DNA of 64,000 bases, taken from the NCBI GenBank assembly GCA_965116875.1, contig OZ220733.1:3281803-3345802 (forward strand). The letters run 5' to 3'. The position numbers and the translations under genes were made by a program. This document shows positions 26,306 to 35,522 of this stretch, in pieces. The notes beneath the pieces are model-generated. The model worked only from the letters and a program-made list of their open reading frames with translations, searched no databases and was not told the origin of the DNA. Source of the DNA: Candidatus Latescibacterota bacterium (GTDB lineage: Bacteria > Latescibacterota > UBA2968 > GCA-2709665). How positions within the stretch are numbered: position 1 is the first letter of the stretch; each line of letters starts with the position of its first letter.

Positions 26306-26965
26306 TCAACCTCCCGTGCCGTCAGACAATCGCTGTCTGTATCTGATTAAATCCTCGCGGGTTATGGCGTCCGGCGGGACCAATTGATACTGTTTCTCCG
26401 CGACGATTCGTATTTCGTCACCGTCCTCCTCAAATTCCATCAGTGCAATAACATCCTGCTGCATGAATTGCGCGCCGATGGGCCGGCAGATCAGGTCTGG
26501 TAATTTGTCCGCACAAAGCGCGATGTCCTGCTCAATCTGAATCCTGCTGAGTCTATCGTTACCACCTTTGGCCTGGACGGGTATCACGTAATGCGAACCA
26601 CTCTTGTCAACACCCACGTAGATTTCGTCGGTTTCGACCTGACCCAACTTCTGCACGGTCGTACGGAGATGGTTTTGCAGTGAGTAACACGCGATACCAA
26701 GGAAGATGTCGATAAGGCGATTGTATCGCACCCGGGCCAGTACAGCCTGTTCATCACCAAACGCATATTTCGCGATGATTCCCGGTGTGGAGTCCGGCAC
26801 TTTGGTCACCGAGAGATTCGGATTCGGCGTGAGCGGATTATCGGTGGCGAGTTCAAACCTGTATTTGCCTCTGCCCGCGCCCCGGATGATCCACGTTTCT
26901 TTGTCCGGTGCCGTACTCCGAATACTGTCGGGGAGTTGTGTCCTGTAGCGGAAACTGTAGACCAC
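26306..26965 (-). CDS. Candidate type II restriction endonuclease (partner of the adjacent methyltransferase)
   Basis: Track ORF (GTG 26965). Possible PD-(D/E)xK-like core ETDEIYVGVD...VIPVQAKGG. The frame stays open and protein-like for 50 more codons upstream (ISTTNRYSAIIEAIFQARYQPGQREVDFVREDIETTASELNIDLPKNLGDV), back to TGA 27121..27119, so the real start is probably near 27115 (see findings). Confidence 0.5.
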   Translation of the reverse strand: MVYSFRYRTQLPDSIRSTAPDKETWIIRGAGRGKYRFELATDNPLTPNPNLSVTKVPDSTPGIIAKYAFGDEQAVLARVRYNRLIDIFLGIACYSLQNHLRTTVQKLGQVETDEIYVGVDKSGSHYVIPVQAKGGNDRLSRIQIEQDIALCADKLPDLICRPIGAQFMQQDVIALMEFEEDGDEIRIVAEKQYQLVPPDAITREDLIRYRQRLSDGTGG

Positions 26966-27132
26966 GTCGCCAAGGTTCTTCGGTAAGTCAATGTTGAGTT
27001 CGGAGGCAGTCGTTTCAATGTCTTCTCGTACAAAATCGACTTCACGTTGTCCCGGCTGATACCTGGCTTGAAAAATGGCTTCGATGATCGCTGAATAGCG
27101 GTTTGTGGTGGAGATAAATCACTCCTCTCTTT

Positions 27133-28425
27133 TCAATCGCCCGGCCATTCCAGCGTCACAACCTCTTCTCTGAGCTGTTCGCCCGTTACCGTTGAAGGCC
27201 TGGTTCGAAACAGATCGATCCCGGTGACATTGTAGCCCTGCGATTTGGCGATGCCGGCCAGGAGTTCGCCCGTTCTGATCATCACCCGAAGATAGGATGC
27301 CTGGTCACCCACCACGTAAGCGAGCTTTGCACCCGGTCTCAATGCCGGCCTGAGAGATGCGAAATGCTTCGCCATCCCCCCGAAATATAGCAGAGTGACC
27401 CGGGAGTACTGGCGCTCGAAACCTGATGTCTTGCCCAGAGAGACTCGGCGTCTTTCAATTTCATCCGCCAGATTTCGTATTGCGAGATTGTCCGCGATCT
27501 CCAGGTCGTCTGTGTCGGCTTTGTATACACCGCGAGTGTTGGACCTGACCAGGTTTTGTTTCAACATCCTCAATTCTTGCCTGTTCCTGATCATGCCAAG
27601 GATGACCGACTCCAGACGGGTCGTCCTGGTGTAATCCTTCTCGTTGGGATATGGCGGGGAAGTAATTACGAAATCTACCGAACCCGGTTTCAGGATGTTT
27701 TCGACGCTCCGAGCGTCTGCATTGAAAATCCGGCTGTCGACTCGTGCCCTGTCACCATATTGCCGAATGTCTCGGGCAGTCGCCCGGATGCATTCGAGCC
27801 ACGCGTCCACGACCGGTGCATCATATTTGATTTTCCCGACCCCGACTTCCGGCCCGAATTTGAGATTGCTGATGCGGTTCACGAGCGCGTTGGCGAGACA
27901 GAGGCGTCCGTAGCGCTGAAAATGATGATCCCCCAACCTGTCGATTGCATTCAGAAGAACGAGTGCCTTGTGCAGGGGACGGGGGCTGATGGAGTCCTTC
28001 AACAGGATTTTCGTCCTTTCATCAGGAAGTTGTTTCAGTACTGTTTTCGAATTTCCATTTTCGGCGAATAGCGGAAGATCTTCCCATTCACCAAAGCCGT
28101 TATTGTCCAGCGTTTTCTTCGTGGACATCGCTACTTCTTCCGCGTACTCGAGCAACTCCCTGTGATTCACAGTCCAGTCCACCTTTACCGAACTTGCGAA
28201 ATACGCCATCGGATTCGGCTCGATTCCGATGCTGCCGATTCCGAGCTTTTTGCACTCAACGGCCGTGGTCCCCGTCCCGCAAAACGGATCAAGGACGGTG
28301 TGGGATGTTCCAACTTCGAACCTTTCGAGATACTCACGGACCAGATGAGGCGGAAATGACAGCACGAACCGGTACCAGTCATGAACTGCTCTGTCTTCGG
28401 TTCTGAGTTTGTTTAAATCCTTCAT
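27133..28425 (-). CDS. Site-specific DNA methyltransferase (N4-cytosine or N6-adenine), SPPY motif
   Basis: 430 aa. AdoMet motif VLDPFCGTGTTAVE near the N-terminus and catalytic VDFVITSPPYPNEKDY about 210 aa later (alpha-type order, target-recognition region between them). Confidence 0.85.
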   Translation of the reverse strand: MKDLNKLRTEDRAVHDWYRFVLSFPPHLVREYLERFEVGTSHTVLDPFCGTGTTAVECKKLGIGSIGIEPNPMAYFASSVKVDWTVNHRELLEYAEEVAMSTKKTLDNNGFGEWEDLPLFAENGNSKTVLKQLPDERTKILLKDSISPRPLHKALVLLNAIDRLGDHHFQRYGRLCLANALVNRISNLKFGPEVGVGKIKYDAPVVDAWLECIRATARDIRQYGDRARVDSRIFNADARSVENILKPGSVDFVITSPPYPNEKDYTRTTRLESVILGMIRNRQELRMLKQNLVRSNTRGVYKADTDDLEIADNLAIRNLADEIERRRVSLGKTSGFERQYSRVTLLYFGGMAKHFASLRPALRPGAKLAYVVGDQASYLRVMIRTGELLAGIAKSQGYNVTGIDLFRTRPSTVTGEQLREEVVTLEWPGD

Positions 28426-28870
28426 TGTCTTACGCCGCTGTCACTGCTTACTTGGATATAAAATATTATATTTAATCAATATATACGGACTGAATACCGG
28501 CAGGGCCCTATCGTGGATCAGCGTTGATTTCTCCTTCTGATGCTAATATAGTCAGTATCAATCACGATTGCAAGATCGCGACGTGCGCGTTTGGAGGTTT
28601 CAGGCTGTCATCTGCAGCCGGCGCCCTGTACGTGCGGTAGATTTCCCTTGACTCGAAGCGGATCTTGGATTTCCTTCTTTGTCTGGCAAACGAAGTCCGG
28701 CCGTGCGGGTTACGGTTGGCATCGAGCATTGTGAATCAACGAAATCGGGTCGTCCCGTTGCCTCGACCTCCCGGCGTGAGGGTGGAATCCTGGAGCAATG
28801 GCTCCTCACGTACTCACGCGTTTGAAATTCGAGGTCGGGGAAACGGGTTTTTTGTCCACTTCGGGATGTT

Positions 28871-30505
28871 ATGCAGTCCATTGCAAAGTTTCTGAGCGGC
28901 AAGACGCTTTTTGTTACCGGCGCGACGGGATTCCTGGCGAAGGGGTTCGTGGAGAAGGTCCTGTTTTCCGCGCCCGACGTGGCGCGGATCTTTATCCTGA
29001 TCCGTCCGCGGTCACGTTCCAACGGCCAGATCGTTTCCGAAACGGAACGCCTGGAATCTGAAATCCTTCAGTCCCGTGCGTTTGAGAGGTTGCGAGGGAA
29101 GTGGGGCGCCGCTTTTCCGTCGGTGATGTCCGAGAAGGTCGCGGCGGTGGCCGGCGATCTGACCGAAGACGGACTGGGGATTTCCACCGAACAACGCGAG
29201 CGACTTGTCGAAGAAGTCGATTTTGTCGTCAATTTCGCCGGGACCGTGGTCTTCGACGAGCCCATCGACAGCGCCCTCGAACAGAATACGATGGGCGCCG
29301 CCCGCGTCGTCGGCTTCGCGAACGCCTGCCGGAAAGCCGCGCTCGTTCATGTATCAACCGCGTACGTGAGCGGAAAGCGCACCGGCCGGATATCCGAAGC
29401 GCCGCTTCCCCAGGACAAGAGCGTTTCGGACCTCATCAACGGAAGCGCCGCCGGGTTCGACCTGCAGGGTGAGATTGACGCCATTCGGGCCTTCACGCGG
29501 GAAGTCGAGGAGGCATCCAGGGAACCCGGCCTCGAGGCGGCGTTCCTGAAGCAGCTCCGGCGGCAGGACCGCGGAAAACGCGTGACCGACTACCGGAAGG
29601 CCCACCAGATGGAAGCCCTTCGCCAGCGCTGGATTCGAAAACAACTTGTAGAAGAAGGCATGCGGCGTGCGAGGCGCCACGGCTGGAACGACAGCTACAC
29701 CCTCACCAAGGCGATGGGCGAACAGTTGGTCGTGAAACTGCGGGGAGACCTTCCAACGGCCATCGTACGGCCGTCAATCGTAGAGAGCAGCCTCGAGGAC
29801 CCGGAACCCGGCTGGGTGGAGGATCTGAAAGTCGCCGATCCGCTGATCGTCCACTACGGCAAGGGCCGTCTTTCAAATTTCCCGATCGATCCCGGGATTG
29901 TGCTGGATATCATACCGGTGGACGTCCTGAACAACGCCGTCACCGCGGTTCTTCCGCAGGTGCGCGGGTCCGGGGAGATGAAGGTCTACCACGTGGCCTC
30001 GGGCTCACGGAACCCGGTTCGAGCCAGAGAAATGGTCGAACTGGTTTACGGGTATTTCAAATCTTCGCCCATGCAGGACCGAGCCGGGCGGCCCATCGAC
30101 GTCAGGCCCTGGCAGTTCATCAGCCAGCGGCGGTTCCGTTGTCTGGTCGCACTGAAATACAAGCTTCCTCTGGGTCTGTTGAAGGCGGCTGTGGACTATC
30201 TGCCCGCCCGATGGGTTTCGCGCTACAGGCGTCGGGTTTCCGGTATGGAAGCCGTGCTGGAGCGGCTCGAGTCCCTGGTCGATACCTATTGCGGATACAC
30301 CCATCTCGATTGCGAGTTCGAAACGGAGAATACCCGCCGGCTTTTCGAGGCGCTGAACCCCGATGATCAGAAGGAGTTCAACTTCGACGTGACGCGCATC
30401 AACTGGCGGGAATATATCCAGGAGATCCACATTCCTGGATTGAAACACCATGTGTTGAAAGAGGGAGACGGGGCGGTTTCCACGATGACAGCCGAGGCCG
30501 ATTGA
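28871..30505 (+). CDS. Fatty acyl-CoA/ACP reductase (alcohol-forming FAR family)
   Basis: 544 aa. Rossmann VTGATGFLAKGF, VHVSTAYV, YTLTKAMGE (YxxxK), plus a long C-terminal FAR-type domain. Confidence 0.8.
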   Translation: MQSIAKFLSGKTLFVTGATGFLAKGFVEKVLFSAPDVARIFILIRPRSRSNGQIVSETERLESEILQSRAFERLRGKWGAAFPSVMSEKVAAVAGDLTEDGLGISTEQRERLVEEVDFVVNFAGTVVFDEPIDSALEQNTMGAARVVGFANACRKAALVHVSTAYVSGKRTGRISEAPLPQDKSVSDLINGSAAGFDLQGEIDAIRAFTREVEEASREPGLEAAFLKQLRRQDRGKRVTDYRKAHQMEALRQRWIRKQLVEEGMRRARRHGWNDSYTLTKAMGEQLVVKLRGDLPTAIVRPSIVESSLEDPEPGWVEDLKVADPLIVHYGKGRLSNFPIDPGIVLDIIPVDVLNNAVTAVLPQVRGSGEMKVYHVASGSRNPVRAREMVELVYGYFKSSPMQDRAGRPIDVRPWQFISQRRFRCLVALKYKLPLGLLKAAVDYLPARWVSRYRRRVSGMEAVLERLESLVDTYCGYTHLDCEFETENTRRLFEALNPDDQKEFNFDVTRINWREYIQEIHIPGLKHHVLKEGDGAVSTMTAEAD

Positions 30506-30630
30506 CCGCCATCGGGAGGTTCGAGATTCAGGATCGCCATCGGTCGTACGTTCACGCGATGGGGTTTCGAACGGTGCGAATCCGAATCAGGTATTGACGG
30601 TCTGTCGGCTTTTTTCAGAAGTGACAACAA

Positions 30631-32571
30631 ATGGATCGAAACAGGACAGTCCCCGTACACCAGGTGCTGTTGCAGGATCCGGACAGGCTGCGTGCAGCGT
30701 ACGACCAGGCCGCCTCGGAGTTGATCGAGGCGGTCCGGCCCGAGGGCTATTTCGAGGGCTGGACGGCCGGGGAGCTGACATGGCCGGCCGGCGGGGTGGA
30801 TCGGGTCGGCCTGGAAGGCCTGCGTAGACGCGCGCGAATCGTGGACGCGATTTATAGCGGTGTTCCGGCGCTGAGGGATCGGAGACTGAAAGAGGCGCAC
30901 GACCACTTCGTCGAACTGACGCCGGCCTACCACGAGGGGAACCGGATTTACCTGCGGCTGCGGGACGAGTTTGTAGGCGGCGGCGCCGGAACGGGGCAGG
31001 ATTTCCTGAAACTGTACCAGTCCCTGTACGTGGAGGCGCTTGCAAAAGGGGACGATTTCTCGCCCGATCCGGCCGAGACGGCGCTGGCGCAAGCCAGGAT
31101 ATCGAGGGTACCGCTGTCCCATGCCAGTGCCGTTGCTGAAGCCCTGCCCAGCGTTGCCACGGACGAGGATCCCCGTTGGAGGCTCGAATACGCCTGCGAG
31201 GTGAATGGCAATACATGGAACGGATCCCTCCGTGAACTCCTGGAAGACGTGGCGCAGCGGACCTTGCACCTGATTGCCGCCGGAGAGCTTCTCGCCACGC
31301 GCTACAACACGTACAATAACCTGGGATGGTTCGGCAGTTCGGTGTGGAAGGTGGTCGCGGACGCGGACGTGCGGCTGTATGGGATGGATGACTCGGACGC
31401 CGAGCGCATGGCGGCCCTGAAGGCGGACGTGGATTTGTGCCGGAGTATGCTCGTGGAGTTTCTCGCGGCCCACCGGGAGGACCCCGCCCGGCTGCGGCCG
31501 GAGAACTACTGGTACGGGCAGCCGTACAGCTATCTGACGCGGGATATGATCGATCTGAGCGTCCGGATTGTGGATGCGGTGAATTCGGCGGCTCGGGACG
31601 AAGACGGATTGACCGAAACGGCGCTCCCTCCGCTGCTGGCCGGCGCCCATTCGGGTCGATTTCTGGACTACGCTCACGTGGGGGTTACGAAGGAATTGAC
31701 GTCCCTCCAGCGCAAAATGAGGATGTTGCGGTGGGCGAAGCGCTGCTGGCGGGTTGGACGGCGACGGAAACGCATCGCGGAGGAGGATCTCGCGCCGTCG
31801 CAAAGGCACGAGCGCGCGTGGGAGGTCTGGCTGGATTGGTCCCGCGACACGATGAATGCATTCGGCATCCGTCTGGACGTGACGATAGACCCGATGTTCC
31901 GGACCATGGTCCGGGAGATGGAACTCTCCCGCGGAGGCCAGCGGATTCTGTTTCTGCCTTCGCATCAGAGCATGCTGGAGCACTTCGTGGTGTTTTCGGT
32001 TTTCAATCACCCGGTGTTTCTGGATGCAATGGGGTGGGATCGTTCCCGGCCGGTCGTTCAACTGGCCCGCACGGGACTGGCGAAGTCCACGTCGGTGAAG
32101 ATCGGATCCCGCGAGATCAGCATCTTCGGGATGTCTCCGGACAAATTCGACAGGATGTTCGAAACCGTCGACGGCTTCATCACCAGGGACAGCGTCGACA
32201 TCTCGTCCCATACGATTCCACGCATCCTGCAGGAGATGGAACGCCGCCCCGGTGTGATCTATCCGATGGGCACAACGGCTTCGTTCGACGTACAGCTGTT
32301 CCCGCTCCAGCACGCGCTGTTCGCGAAACTCCCCGCGGACGTGGTGATGATTCCCATCGTCTTTCGCGGCAGCCATGCGCTCTGGCCCAAGTGCCCGGCG
32401 CGCAATCTGAATATTAATCCGGGTGTGATCGAGGCGGTAATCCTGCCCCCTATGCCGGGCGAGACCACGTTGCTGCCCCGCCGCCGCTCGCTGCGAATCC
32501 AGCTGGAAGCCGCCAATCTGCTCCAGGCGGTGCATATTTCCAATCTGCTGAATCCGGAGCCATCGCAGTGA
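30631..32571 (+). CDS. Divergent glycerolipid acyltransferase-like protein (GNPAT/PlsB/PlsC superfamily C-terminal domain) with a ~420-aa unknown N-terminal region
   Basis: 646 aa. LFLPSHQSMLEH occupies the position of the HX4D block (Glu replaces Asp). YPMGTTAS sits in place of the (F/Y)PEGTRS block. VVMIPIVFRG resembles block IV. Confidence 0.55.
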   Translation: MDRNRTVPVHQVLLQDPDRLRAAYDQAASELIEAVRPEGYFEGWTAGELTWPAGGVDRVGLEGLRRRARIVDAIYSGVPALRDRRLKEAHDHFVELTPAYHEGNRIYLRLRDEFVGGGAGTGQDFLKLYQSLYVEALAKGDDFSPDPAETALAQARISRVPLSHASAVAEALPSVATDEDPRWRLEYACEVNGNTWNGSLRELLEDVAQRTLHLIAAGELLATRYNTYNNLGWFGSSVWKVVADADVRLYGMDDSDAERMAALKADVDLCRSMLVEFLAAHREDPARLRPENYWYGQPYSYLTRDMIDLSVRIVDAVNSAARDEDGLTETALPPLLAGAHSGRFLDYAHVGVTKELTSLQRKMRMLRWAKRCWRVGRRRKRIAEEDLAPSQRHERAWEVWLDWSRDTMNAFGIRLDVTIDPMFRTMVREMELSRGGQRILFLPSHQSMLEHFVVFSVFNHPVFLDAMGWDRSRPVVQLARTGLAKSTSVKIGSREISIFGMSPDKFDRMFETVDGFITRDSVDISSHTIPRILQEMERRPGVIYPMGTTASFDVQLFPLQHALFAKLPADVVMIPIVFRGSHALWPKCPARNLNINPGVIEAVILPPMPGETTLLPRRRSLRIQLEAANLLQAVHISNLLNPEPSQ

Positions 32572-32624
32572 CGCGGGGCCCCTGGACGTCCCGGACCATC
32601 TCTCATTGAATTGCGCGGCCGCAT

Positions 32625-34511
32625 TTGTATGGTACGGCCGGCTGTGGAAATCTGGAGTCCGTTATGCCTGACTGGGGAGTAGCAGCGGTTGCCGTAGCGG
32701 CCGTCGTGCTGTTCGCGCATCTGTCCAGCCGGAGGCGATCCGGAAACGAACCGGACGATTTCTTCGATCATTCGGAAGGAGAACGGTTTCCCCACAAGTG
32801 GGGATATACGGATACGCGTTTCGAGTTTGTGGATGAACGGACGGTGAAGGTGACCGGGAACCGGTACCCGATATCGGGGTACCGGATGCCGTTTCTGGTC
32901 GCCTTTGTCGAAGACGTGCTGGGGGTGCCAATCCGACGTCAGGACTCGTACGCGGAACGCGGGGACGTCGAGGCGTCCGAGCCGAATCTGGACGGGGAAT
33001 TCGGCAACGCGGTGAAAGAACGGTTCGGCGCGGGGCAGATTTCGTTCGATCCCAAAACGAGGCTGGTACACAGTCATGGACAACTGAGCGTTGAGGAAGT
33101 GTATCGCGTGATGTACGGGGATTCGCTGCCGCGTCTGGTCGATATGGTGTTCTATCCGAAGGAAGCGGCCGACGTCAAGGACATCATCGACCTGGCCAAT
33201 GCGCACGACGTCTGCCTGGTGCCCTATGGCGGAGGGACGAACGTGAGCGGGGCGCTGGCGTGTCCGCCCGACGAGCGGCGCACGATCGTTTCCGTGGATA
33301 TGCGGCGAATGGACCGGGTGCTGTGGATCGACGAGGACAATCTCCAGGCCTGCGTCGAATCCGGCATTTCGGGGAAGGCGATGGAGCAGGCGCTGGGGGA
33401 GCGGGGGTATACGTCCGGGCACGATCCCGACAGCGTGGAACTCTCCACCATGGGCGGGTGGATCTCCACCAACGCGAGCGGGATGAAGAAGAACCGTTAC
33501 GGGAATATCGAAGACATCGTACTCGAGGCGACGCTGGTGACGCCCACCGGGGAGATCGCCACACGAGCTGTGACGCCCAGGAATTCCACGGGCGTTCAGC
33601 CGAGGGGCCTGTTGTTCGGCAGCGAAGGCAATTTCGGAATCATCACCACGGCGGTGATCAAAATCCATCCGATCCCGGAGACTCGCAGGTACGGCGCGCT
33701 TGTGTTTCCGGCTTTCGAGAAGGGCGTCGCGTACCTGAAGGCGCTCCGGCAGACCGGAATGCTGCCCGCCAGTATCCGCCTGGTCAACAACAACGAATTC
33801 CGGTTCGGCCAGGCCCTGAAACCGGCGCCGACGTTTCTGAAGGGCGTCAAGGACCGGATTCAGAAGTTCGTCCTGCTGAAGCTGATGGGTTTCGATCCGA
33901 TGAAGATGGCGGCGTGTACCATCGTGATGGAGGGCACGCACGACGAGGTCGGTCAGCAGGAACGCACGATCTTCAGCCTGGCGAAAAAATACGGCGCAAA
34001 GAGCGCGGGCGCGAGCAACGGCAAGAGAGGATACTCGCTGACGTTCGGCATCGCCTATATCCGGGACTTCCTGAACCAGTACGGAATTCTGGGGGAAACC
34101 TTCGAGACGTCGGTGCCCTGGGACCGGATCCACCATGTGTGCGATGCGGTATCCGGCGAACTGGTCGCCCAGGCAGACAAGCACGACGTCCCCGGCAAAC
34201 CCTATCTCTCGTACAGGGTAACGCAGACCTACCATACGGGCGTTTGCATCTATTTTACCATGGGTATCTACGGCAAGGGCCTGGAACAGCCCGGCCGGAC
34301 GTTTCACGCGATCGAACACCAGTTGCGCCAGGTCATACTGGATAACGGAGGGTCGTTGTCCCATCACCATGGCGTTGGCAAGGTGCGACGGGACTTCCTG
34401 CCTCAGGTCCAGAGCGAGAACAGCATTCAGGTGATGCGCCAGGCGAAGAACGCGATGGATCCGAAAAATATCTTCGGAATCCGGAATGGGGTGTTTGGGG
34501 AGACGGACTGA
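32625..34511 (+). CDS. Alkyl-dihydroxyacetonephosphate synthase (FAD-linked oxidase family)
   Basis: 628 aa. HKWGYTDTRFEF N-terminal region, FAD-binding VCLVPYGGGTNVSGAL, and the C-terminal SLSHHHGVGKVRRDF (HHH loop characteristic of AGPS). The start may instead be ATG 32664. Confidence 0.8.
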   Translation: MYGTAGCGNLESVMPDWGVAAVAVAAVVLFAHLSSRRRSGNEPDDFFDHSEGERFPHKWGYTDTRFEFVDERTVKVTGNRYPISGYRMPFLVAFVEDVLGVPIRRQDSYAERGDVEASEPNLDGEFGNAVKERFGAGQISFDPKTRLVHSHGQLSVEEVYRVMYGDSLPRLVDMVFYPKEAADVKDIIDLANAHDVCLVPYGGGTNVSGALACPPDERRTIVSVDMRRMDRVLWIDEDNLQACVESGISGKAMEQALGERGYTSGHDPDSVELSTMGGWISTNASGMKKNRYGNIEDIVLEATLVTPTGEIATRAVTPRNSTGVQPRGLLFGSEGNFGIITTAVIKIHPIPETRRYGALVFPAFEKGVAYLKALRQTGMLPASIRLVNNNEFRFGQALKPAPTFLKGVKDRIQKFVLLKLMGFDPMKMAACTIVMEGTHDEVGQQERTIFSLAKKYGAKSAGASNGKRGYSLTFGIAYIRDFLNQYGILGETFETSVPWDRIHHVCDAVSGELVAQADKHDVPGKPYLSYRVTQTYHTGVCIYFTMGIYGKGLEQPGRTFHAIEHQLRQVILDNGGSLSHHHGVGKVRRDFLPQVQSENSIQVMRQAKNAMDPKNIFGIRNGVFGETD

Positions 34512-34681
34512 CGAGAATATCGAGAAAAACCCCCACGCCACCACCGTGCGCGCCGAGGTCGCAGTGGTAGGGGCATCCGTTGTGGGTGCCCTCGTCATGG
34601 CGCGGACATTGCGATTTGATATCGCCAGGCCATATTTCCAACCGGTTTCATCTGATGGCTGTCTGTAGATCGGGTTTTCCT

Positions 34682-35488
34682 ATGTTCAACGAAAAAGTCG
34701 TTGCGATAACGGGAGCGTCGTCGGGTCTGGGCGCGACGCTGGCGCTGGCGTTCGCCGACGAGGGCGCGGACCTGGCCCTGTTCGCCCTGGACGAGGGTGT
34801 GCAGGACACCGCGGAAGCGTGTCGAGCGCGGGGCAGACGCGCGATTACGGCCACGGGGGACGTGGGAAAACCGGAGGACTGCGAGGCATGGATCAACTCG
34901 GCGGTTGCCGGGTTCGGGGGCGTGGATTATCTGATCGCGTGTGCAGGGATCAGCATGTGGGCGCGGTTTGACGAGGTGGAAGACCTGGCGATTTTTCGCA
35001 AGTTGATGGAAACGAACTACCTGGGCATCGTACATTGCGTCTATTACGCGCTGCCCCATCTGAAGGCGCGCGACGGTATGGTCGTGGCGATCTCTTCCAT
35101 CCAGGGAAAGATCGGCGTTCCCCTGCATACCGGGTACGTAGCGTCCAAGCACGCCGTACAGGGGTTCTTCGAGTCTCTGAGGGCAGAGTTGAGCGACACC
35201 GGCGTGGACGTGCTGACGGTGCTGCCACACTGGCTGCGGGGCACGAATCTGCGCAAAGCGGCCTTCGGGCGGGATGGCGGTTCTCTTGGCGCGTCCAGCC
35301 GCAAGCACAGCAGGGAGTCCATTTCTCTGGACGACGCCAGCGAAGCCATCATCGAAGCCATGAAGAAGAGGAAGCGGGAACTGATCATTCCGTTCAAGCT
35401 CAGATTTCTGCCCTGGCTGCATCTGATCAACCCGAAGATTGTCGAATACCTGGTAACGCGCGGGGTGTCGAAGCAGGAGAAGGGGTAG
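34682..35488 (+). CDS. Short-chain dehydrogenase/reductase; inferred acyl/alkyl-DHAP reductase
   Basis: Track ORF 34580..35488 trimmed to MFNEKVVAITGASSGLG. Also has YVASKHAV (YxxxK). The specific function is inferred only from the neighbouring genes. Confidence 0.75.
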   Translation: MFNEKVVAITGASSGLGATLALAFADEGADLALFALDEGVQDTAEACRARGRRAITATGDVGKPEDCEAWINSAVAGFGGVDYLIACAGISMWARFDEVEDLAIFRKLMETNYLGIVHCVYYALPHLKARDGMVVAISSIQGKIGVPLHTGYVASKHAVQGFFESLRAELSDTGVDVLTVLPHWLRGTNLRKAAFGRDGGSLGASSRKHSRESISLDDASEAIIEAMKKRKRELIIPFKLRFLPWLHLINPKIVEYLVTRGVSKQEKG

Positions 35489-35522
35489 ACCGGCGGGCTG
35501 AAGGCGGAAGACAGGGAGGTCC

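Larger units (their letters stand above)
15590..28600. other. Lower-GC genomic island enriched in restriction-modification / defence-type genes; no integrase or tRNA seen
   Basis: By eye the base composition drops markedly (many A/T-rich runs, different codon usage) between about 15.6 and 28.6 kb compared with the GC-rich flanks. The borders are approximate. The right border carries the AT-rich stretch ggatataaaatattatatttaatcaatatatac (about 28453..28485). Confidence 0.7.

Noticed and set aside
15590-28600. Search for integrase, transposase, tRNA or att-type terminal repeats at the island borders
   Set aside because: I found none by reading both strands. The only flanking repeats are the internal 123-bp pair and the host repeat element at the left border. 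I therefore did not call the island a mobile element.
28426-28870. ORFs 28600..29022(-) and 28665..28895(+) in the gap between the island and the FAR gene
   Set aside because: No motifs, Arg-rich, and overlapping the FAR start. The region is better explained as an intergenic or promoter region.
30367-34598. Very long minus-strand ORFs 30367..32535 (722 aa) and 32259..34598 (779 aa)
   Set aside because: They lie antisense to the acyltransferase-like and AGPS genes, which have clear family motifs. Their translations are Arg/His/Pro/Gly-rich low complexity with no motifs. These are typical GC-bias shadow ORFs.
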